Shown in pieces: positions 1 to 9,300 of a DNA stretch of 11,837 nucleotides (its first letter is position 1; each line of letters begins with the position of its first letter). Location of the stretch: positions 31,097 to 42,933 of the forward strand of contig CP070655.1 of assembly GCA_020354945.1 (NCBI GenBank). Reading direction: 5' to 3'. A program made the position numbers and the translations under genes. Under the pieces are notes generated by a model, which saw only the letters and a list, made by a program, of their open reading frames with translations, was not told the DNA's origin and made no database searches. The stretch is from Candidatus Omnitrophota bacterium (GTDB taxonomy: Bacteria > Omnitrophota > Gorgyraeia > JABMRG01 > JAFGKX01).

Positions 1-333
1 GGAGAGGAAGAAGTTAAACCGACCGAAAAGTCGAGTATTGCCTTTCAGGTTGCCCACCACCTTGCCAAAGAATTTAGGGGTGCAAAAGAAGATGAATCCA
101 TCCGCGAAGTTGCAAGGGAAAAAGCGGCAAAGTTGCAAGAAGGCGTTTTCCAAAGACGGCTTCAGGAATTAAGGGATATTTTCTCTGATGGAGATTTCGC
201 CAGATACGAAGCCCTTCTTAGTAGATATACAACTAGAGACTACGCCAATGATGATGAAAGATTAAAACGGTTAGCAGAATTAGATAAAGTTCTAAAAACC
301 TCGCCAACCAGGGCCGAACAGCCTGCTCAGTAG
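1..333 (+). CDS. 5'-truncated coding segment (110 codons + TAG), in frame with the giant ORF that follows; probably an upstream part of the same giant gene
   Basis: Frame +1 is open from base 1 (GEEEVKPTEKSSIAFQVAHHLAKEF...KTSPTRAEQPAQ) to TAG 331-333. It has the same E/K/R-rich helical composition and codon style as the downstream frame. The 133..333 track ORF is only its tail. Confidence 0.75.
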   Translation, partial: GEEEVKPTEKSSIAFQVAHHLAKEFRGAKEDESIREVAREKAAKLQEGVFQRRLQELRDIFSDGDFARYEALLSRYTTRDYANDDERLKRLAELDKVLKTSPTRAEQPAQ

Positions 334-3300
334 ATTTCTTTAGAAGGCGTTAGAGCCACAGAGAGTTTTTCTATAGACGATGAAAAAAATAAACCCACCC
401 CTACAGAGAAACCATTTCCGACTAAAGTTGTAGAAGGAAAACGTGAGGTTTACATCAGACAGGGAGATCTCCTCTTAATTGAAGGGGAGGACGAGAGCCT
501 TTCCTTATCTATCTGCGCAAAGGAAGTAGCCACATGTACAGCCGTAGCCATAACAGGTAAGACAAAAGAAGGAAGGCCGGTTTTAGGCCTGGCTCACATA
601 AAGCAGGATATATTTAAAATAGATAAAAGGCATTCTCAAAGAGTAATCGAGAATATTTTAGAGATATTAAGAGGAGACGGCGTAAAAGATATAAAATTGG
701 TTATCCTTTATGACCCCCATGCTTCTGAGATACTAACCGAACCTGATTTTATAAGAGCAGGCGCAAAAGAAGCTTTTATTTATCCAAGATTAGGTTCGGA
801 CAGCGAGACAATAGCAGATTGGGGAATAGCTGATGTAACAACCAATTTAAAAGAAACTGAAATTTCTTCAACTATACATGCCAAAAAGAATCTACCACCG
901 GATATTACCAAAATTTCATGGGGAGTCTTAGAGACAGCACACTGCCTGCGTGCTGCAGTAAGCCATTACATCAGTAATGCCTTTATGCGTATTTATGGAC
1001 CTATGCAGCAGGCAGAAACGAAAGGGAATAATCTCCAACCATATAAAGAGAAAATAACAGAAGCATTGAAAAGATTAAAAATGCTGTTTGGGAATATTCA
1101 AAATTATTCATTGGGAGAAAGTCCCGATAAAGAGGTGCTGGTTGAAAAATACCTCGATGTAGGCAATATAATAAGGCTTGATCCTGCCAGCGAATTACCA
1201 CTGCTTTCGCCCATCGAGGAAAATGTATGGATTCAGGCAAGAGACCATTTGATAAACACCGAGAAAATGCAGAGATTGCATAGTCACATAGAAGGAATTG
1301 AAGCTGCCTTAGATAGAAACGATTTTGAGGCTTATAAGTTAAATATCATAGGGTTCAACAACATACTTGTTGATGTTGGACGGTACTTTTCAAGAATTGA
1401 ACCCCCATCCCCAACAGGATCACAGCTAGGCACAGGCGTTAAATCCTCCTCAGCAGGAGAAATCCTGAAGGGAATATTAGAACAGGTAGGGGCAGATGAA
1501 GAATTTAAACAGGAAGTTATGGAAAGGGGCTCTACGTCCGAGTGGATTGCCGAGCTATTGCAGAATGAGAAAAGGCGTGAGCTGATTCTGGAAAGAATAG
1601 CGGCCATCTGGAATCTTAGAAAAGAAGGCATGAAATTTCCTATCCGGCTCTGGATGTTTAGGTTCAACGCAGATACTTTAAGCAGAAGAATCAGAATATT
1701 GGCAGGCAGGGTTCCTGTTACTTTAGGAAACTTCAGAGACCTTCACAGTATCGACAAAGAAGAAAACCGTAAAAGTGAAGGCAATATAGACCTTTCTAAA
1801 GTAAGCCCCGATATTGCCAAATCAAAAGATACGCCGCTTTTTAATGCCTTATTTCCCGGCGAGGGACTCAATGAACTTACCCGGAGGCTTAAAGAAACAG
1901 AAAGAGAACTTGCGACAGTCCGTGAAGAATTAGAGCAGATTCGAAGGGAAAAAGCAAGGCAGCAAGAAGAACTTGCCAGAGCCAATGCTATTATAAAAGA
2001 ACTGCGCGAAAAACTACAGGAGGCCTCGCAAAAAGCAAGGGTAGAAAGCGACAGGAAACCTCCGCCAGAAGTTGTAGAGCCGGCAGAAGCAAAACCAGAT
2101 TATAAAGAGCAATTCGGCCAGCTGGTAGAATTATTTAGAAAAAAGGAGTCGGATGGAAAAATAGACGCAAGAGCTGCGAAACTTTTAGCCAACGTAATAA
2201 GAAACACAGATATTCCCAAATTCGACTGGTATCCGCACCAGAGAGAAGGCGCGAGAGGGCTTTTTGATGAAAAATTTATATGGATAGGATGTTCCGGCGG
2301 TAAGACACTGACAGATGCTCTGGCGAAAATTAAACAACTTGCAAAGGCAGAGGCTGAAAGATTGAATATACGCTCTATGACACTTGCCCCCAGCGATGAC
2401 GTAGTTGAGCAGAATGCAAAAGGGACTGCTAAATATTTAAGCCAGCTTGGAATCAATGTAATCATATTAAAACAGAATCCAAAAGGCGGATATCCGCTTG
2501 CCTTTATTTATGATGAAAATTATAGGGCAAAATCTGCCGAAGAGATGGATAAATGGAGACCCATAAGATTTGAAGAAGCTTGCAAAATTGAAAGAGCCGT
2601 ATTCCACGCCAGGCCGGATATTGTAGTATTCCAATGGGCGATAGAACAACTTATGTCTACTGTAGAGGAAAGAATATTTACAGGTTCTAGAAAGGGCAGG
2701 CCGAACTTTGACGAAAGTGATTTGACCTTAGAGCACGAATTAGCAAATGGATTTAAACTACAGGTGCCGGTTGATGAAAAGGACCCGCGGTATAAAAAGC
2801 TTAAAGAACAGAATACCCAGAGGTGGCAGATATCCAATGAAATAGCAAAGGGTCTTTTAGAGCGTAAGGATGCATCAAGCCTATTTAAAGTAGATGGAAA
2901 ATCAGCGATACTCACAAAAGAAGGCCAAAAGGAAGTAATAAAACTTTTAGACGATGCAGAACTTTCAGGCATAGAACCTATTGAATGGCAGATGAACGTA
3001 GAGAAATCTCTCACAGCACATCTTTGCTATAACAAAGGTGAAAGAAAGGGGAGCGATTACGACACAATAGACGAAAAGATAGTGCTCAGGGATGAAGCAA
3101 CAGCGAGGCTTTTACATGGCAAAAGGCTGGAGCAAGGCATGCATTGTGCCCTTGAGGCCAAAGAAGGCGTCGAGATTAATTTAGACGGAGAGGCCTTAAT
3201 ATCCGTAAGCATATTAGATTTTCTCTATAGCGATTTTGTAAATGGACATTTCAGCGGTATGACCGGTACTCCAAACTCTAAATTTAATAAAGACATATAT

Positions 3301-6300
3301 AACAAGGAAACCCTTGAAATTGAAAGAGAAAGGCGTGAATGGTTAAGCGCAAAGAAAGATTACGAAGAGCTTAAGCAAGAGCTGCCTCGAATATCCGTAA
3401 ATGAAGCAACAAAATGGCAGGAGGTAGTATCTTATATTGCTGAAGAGTTGCCACGGGATGAAGAAACTGGAAGGATAGCCCCGGCATATATATACGTTGA
3501 AGATTCCAAGATCGATGAATTTGAAGAAAGATTAGAGACAGAACTTAAAGGGATGAAAGATTCCGGTGAAATAACAAAAATACAGTCTATAAGAAGCCGT
3601 TCAGACCTGACAGAAGAGCAGAACACAGCAGAAAACGAAAAGGCAAAACAAGAAGGCGGTAAACTCGGCGTAATAACCCTGGTTACAAAAACAGGCGGCA
3701 GAGGCATCGACTTACGTATCACAGAAAGTGAAGAAGGAGATATTGTAAGAGAATTGGGCGGCATAACCGCTATATCAACCTGCATCGATGAATTATATGT
3801 TTTTGAAGAGCAATTTAAAAGGCGTGTAGCAAGGGATAGAGACCCCGGAAGATTCGTTGCGTTCTGGTCTTTGGATGATAAACTTTTAAATGATTATATC
3901 AGGGATTATCTTCCTGAGCATGAAGCAGATATGCGCCGGTTGGCTAAGAGAATGTCTGATCTTAAGTTAAGACTTGAAACCAGGGAAAGGCTTAAAAAAG
4001 AGGCAACCAGCATAATAGCAAAATTAAGAGATAAAATAGCGGAGAGAAGAATCTTATCCGCTCAACAGCAGATGGAATTTTCTAAAATGACGAGCGAGCA
4101 TCTAAAACAATTCCTTGAGGAAAGAGAAAAACACTTAGGCGATGAAAAAGGGCTTGGCTTACTTGATGCAGCATGGAGAAGTTATCAAACCCGAGCAGAC
4201 AGGATAAAAGATTTTCTTATGAGGCAGCAGCGGTATTACCGCGAATACGAGCAAATAAACCAGATGTCCCTTATTACGGAGTATAAGGATCTTGCAAATA
4301 GAATATTTGATGATGAGTTTGACAAACTCATAAAGGAGAAGAAAAAGGCAAAAATAGAGATAGGAAAGGAGAAGGAACAACCCGAAGCAGGCAAGAAACC
4401 TGAAGGATTAACCAATCTTATAGTATGGGCCGCTAATCTCCTCCCGATAGCTGCGATTGTATTTGGTAGCGTATGGGCTGTAAGATGGCTATTTGGTCTT
4501 TTTGGGCTTAAGTCGATAGGGGCGCTATTTACCGGCGCTGCTGTGGCTGAAAGTCCACTTGCAGGTTTGCTTACAGCCGGAATATTTGCCTCTATGTCTC
4601 CACTTACTCTTTCTATCCTTGTATTTGCCGGAGTTGCCTTTGTTGCAGGCTGGTTTGTCTTAGGTAAAATTCAGAAGAGATTAGCTCAGGAACAGGCCCA
4701 GGAAGAACTAAGACAGGAGTTGAGGCGAGTTAGTGGTTTAAAATGGACGCAATGGGCAAGATGGAAAGCAATCCTAAGGTCACCTGTTACAAATTTATTA
4801 TCTGTTGGGGCATATTTACCGGTACTTGCTGCTGTGACAATATTTTCCCTGTTGACGCTTGTGACAGTAAGTGCGCCAGCAGCAGCCCTTTCAATAACTG
4901 CAATAGCAGCTGTCAGCGGTGCGGGATTTTTATCAAGAGTTCTCATAATAGCCATAAACTGGAAGTTTATAAAAGGAAGATCAGGCCATATTACTGCTAA
5001 GCAAAGAGTTTTCAGAACTGCGGTTGCAGGTGCATTAGTAACACTTACCGCCTTTTTAATACCGGCGATATTGTTAGAAGCAGTTGGAATGTCGGCTGTT
5101 GCTGCATCCATAGGTATTGTCTTATTATTGTGGTATATTTCCATACGTCTAAGCAGTGCTATAGAGCGTAATGTTTATAGCCCGCAGAAAATATTTGACG
5201 ATGGCTCAGTGTCTAAGCTTCCCACGACAACAAGGTCCAGCCTGTACAGGGTTGTAGCTGGATTTGCTCTGGGTAGCATAGGCATACTTTTATTATCGTT
5301 TATCCCCGCCCCTGTGGTTATCTCACTTATCCCGATTTTAGGCGCAATAGTTACGTCTGTCTTTATAGCTCAGGGCATATATTTTGTGATTGCCGAAGGG
5401 AAACAGCGTTTACTCTTAAGACAACCGCGTTCTGCAGCAATCGGAGAAAAGGGACTCGAGGCAATGACAACAAAAGCAAGTATTGAAAACCTCGTAATAA
5501 ATATGCGCACTGTGTTTTTTGCTGTAGTAAGCCTCACCGGCATGTTAGTAGCAGCTGCTTCGATATTTACCGGATTGATACCTGTGGCTATTAGCACACT
5601 TATGGCAGGGGTGACAATAGGCACTGTTGCAATACTGGTATTACTTGGCGCGCACAATGCGATTGAAAGAGCCTCTTATCGATTAGCATTGTTTAAGAAA
5701 CCTTCGAGAAGATTACAGGCACACCTTGAGAAAGTATCCAAAGAAAAACCGGAAATTAATAAAGACAATAATATATTAGAGGCAGTTAGAAAATACAAGG
5801 CAGAAAGAGCCGATGTCAATAATAGAGGTTTATATTCATTGGCCCTTGCCCAGATGGAGGATTCAAACAATCCTATATTACAACAGCTTAAACATCAAAT
5901 AGAAGAGAATTCCCCTCCCGAAAAGGACGGATATAGGTATTCCAGGGCTCACGCATACCAAGTTGCCCGCGCCGCAGTAGACACAAATAACCTTACAAAA
6001 TCCCTCCCGGAACCGTTAAAGAAAGAACTCACCGATACATTATTATCTGTAATGAGCGATATGAATTTAATAAGCACTAATATGTATCTTTTATCCAGAG
6101 TGCTCAGTGACCCCAAGAAGATATTAAAAGGAATGCAGTATACAACAGGCGCTGCAATTGCCCTGCCCTTTACTGCTGCGGCACCGACGATAAATTATTA
6201 CACCACTACACTATATATGGTTAATAAAGAGTCACTTCAACAAGAGGCAACGGTGTCCAGCCCAGCAGATTATGCAAAGGCCTTAGGTGCGACAATAGCA

Positions 6301-9300
6301 TCTGTTTTTAAATCTGAAGAAGCAAAACCGACAACGTCAGAAGAAAAACCAAGGGCACCGACTAAACAGAAAAAGGCTCCATTAAGAGAAGTTCCTGAGG
6401 AAACCCGGGAGTTATTACGCGGGATTGGAGAAACTGCCGAGGTTCTGCATGAGGGAATACCTACATATCAAGAATCAATGCGCGATCCTTCAGAACCACC
6501 CGCTTCAGCTTTTGAACCTACAGGCCTTGCTACTTATTTGAAATCCAGCGCTATTGCCATTGATGAAGCGATTGTAACGCCTGAAGAAGCACAACGCCTT
6601 GAAGAGCTTAGAAAACTCAGAGAAGAAAAGCAAGCAGTAGATGAACAGATAAGAAGACTACCCTGGAATAAAGAAGATTTAATAGCAGCAATAGAAGAAT
6701 TGGCGATATCATCCATAGAATATCCCGAGTATAGAGAACAGCTGAAAGCACAGATAAAAGAACTAATGATGCCATTTTTGGAAAGGCCTACACAAAATGA
6801 TATATCGAACTTTGAAAGGCAGATAGATGAATTTACAAGGTCATTATTATTAGAACGTCCTGATATTGAAGAATGGCTAAGAGAGAAGTTAGAGCCAAGA
6901 ATAAAAGAGTTGACAGCATCGCTTCCAGAACTTCCTAACGATTTAGAGCAAGTAAGAAATTTAGGGAGATTGCAAAATCGATCGGAAAGATTGCAGATAG
7001 AAATAGAGCCGGCTAATGGCAGGCTTGTTGTGCCGTCTGCGGCAAAAGATATAGTGCCGGGCATAACAACTCCGATTCATAATAATATAGAGAACCTCAA
7101 AGAAGAAATAGGACAACTCCAGAGACAGAAAGAGATTGACCCCAAAACAGAAGAACGAATACAACACCTGCAAGCTATCTTGCGCATTATTAATAAACTA
7201 TTAGCGCCGGAGGCAACCATTACCCTCTCCAGCATCGAAGAGGCAGCGGGAGAAGAAGGATTTTTTGATGATGAGAAAGATAAAGCCGTAGATGAAATAC
7301 TCAGTTATATTACAGCAGTTGAGCCGCAGATAATAAGAATCATCTATGATTTAATTAAAGAAGTTGATGAAGGCTATGCTGAAAGCTTTATTTTAGAACG
7401 AGTGCTAAATCCCAAGGCATTAGATAATGCATTTAAGAAAATCTTATGCTTATTCGATTTACGCGAAAAATATGATGAGGAAACCTTGCGCTCCAGCAGG
7501 GCTTATAATATATATCAGACTGTTCAGCAGATAATAACTGATTATTTAATGCAAAGGCCAAAAGCAGAAATCCCGGAACTGGATAAAAGCAGAGAAGAGC
7601 AAGCCCGAAGAGAATTTGAACGTTTAAGAGAAAAGGTTAATACAGAAATGGCTGGACGGAATTCGTTCTGCATTTATAACCCGGAGGCTTATCTTGAAAT
7701 TACCGATAGTGAAGAAACAAATATAAAAGCAGGACTCTTTACTGAGTTTGAATTTGGCTCTGACCAGATTGACCCAGAGCTCATAAGGGATTATCGAGAC
7801 GCATTTTCTGAATATTATTCTATTATCATAGAAGGCCGGGTCAGTATGCTCGTTCCTTACCTCTATTATGCCCGCATGGAAGAGAATGCCAAAGAGCAAA
7901 TACAAGGACTCAAAACCATAGCCGATGGATTAACCACCGAAGATCCAGAACAACAATTTGTAAAAATAAGAATACAACTTTTGATTAATTATCTACAAAG
8001 ATACACAGATATAAAAAGACAGTATTTAACTAGATTGGAAGAACAGGGCATTGTGCCGAAAGACATCCAGCAGCATCTGAAAAGTCTGGAAAATGCCTTG
8101 TTTGGTAAAAGTGCCCCGCCGCAAGACATCATAGCAATCTTTGAACCAGAAATAGATGCGCTCCCTATTTCCGGGATTCTTAATCCTGATGAGAAAAGTT
8201 TTCTTGAAGGATTAAGAGGTTCATTTGGGTTGGGTTTTGATTTAACAGATAGCCAGGATCCTGTTTCACAAATTCGCAGTTTTCTCAGATTCAGTTATCC
8301 TATATATGACAGCACAGATCGAATAAACAGGCAACTTCAGGATATCTATCTTGCTGAGGCGGGAGAAAGATTTGCCGAAGAAGTAACAAGAAGGGAAAGT
8401 GAGATATCTGAATGGGAAAATCAGACTCGAAAAGCCAGAGGAGAACTTGATATAGTTGATGAGGGCATAGCAACTAATTTAGAAATGCTGGAAACAACAG
8501 CGGTATCAGAATCATTTGACATCTCTGAAGCCTTATCAACCCTTAATAATTTAGAACAACAATGCAGGAGTATCCCGGGATTTTATCAGGGTTATGAATT
8601 TAATGAGGAGACCTATCAGGGATTATTAAGCAGCGTCATTCAAACAACATTATTAAGATTTCAGGTAAGGAATCTACTTGATAATCAAAAGGAGTGGACT
8701 GAAGCAACCCAGCCATTAACCAGGGAGGAAAAGAAAGAGATTAAAGTAAAACAAGCTGAATTTAATAAAAAGTTTGAAGACCTAAGGAATAATATAGCAG
8801 AGACAAGGAACCTGTCTCAACTTTCTGGGCATATTGATCAAGTGCGCCGGTTGGCAAGAGAATATAGAAGATATTATATAGGAAAATCACGGATAGAGTT
8901 TGATAATAAGATAGACGATATTATATACGGAAGCGATAATAATGATATAAATGGGCGGGCGCTTTATCTATTAGAGAAGAGACTTCCCTTAACAAAAGAT
9001 ATAGCAGAACAGTTGAGTGTTTTCCTGCAGAATATGCGTTATTACGCATTAGAAAAGTCTGCTCAGCAGGAGATATTCAGAGATTGGCAAAATTCTCTTG
9101 TAAAGGCATTTGATAGATTAGGAATAGAACCAGCCAGAGTTTCTGGAGACTATGGATTAGAAGGGGGCACCAGGAGAGATAGGAGGAATTTAAATAGCAT
9201 GACCCAGAAGTTATTAATGATACAGAGTATAGTCGAACGCGCACCACCAAAGGCTCCTGCTGTTGGCGATGTTGTAACCTATATCAGCTCTACATTCTCA

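Noticed and set aside
133-333. Standalone 66-aa protein starting at TTG 133
   Set aside because: The frame is open upstream to base 1 with the same coding character, so the TTG is most likely an internal Leu.
334-380. Readthrough-stimulating hairpin after the TAG
   Set aside because: Only trivial pairing such as TTCT-TT-AGAA was seen, with no convincing stem by eye. RNA folding was not run.
2101-4335. Housekeeping secA gene call
   Set aside because: It has no separate start or stop, is fused within the giant frame, has strongly altered motifs, and lacks the wing domain and SEC-C tail.
4743-5000. 85-aa Cys-rich + strand ORF
   Set aside because: It is an alternate-frame overlap of the TM region. 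The TGC/TGT codons arise from Ala/Val-rich codons in the main frame.
3932-8855. Shared 13-mer TGCGCCGGTTGGC at ~3932 and ~8843
   Set aside because: A short two-copy match encoding RRLA in the same frame, compatible with chance and codon bias. There is no array, CRISPR or mobile-element structure.
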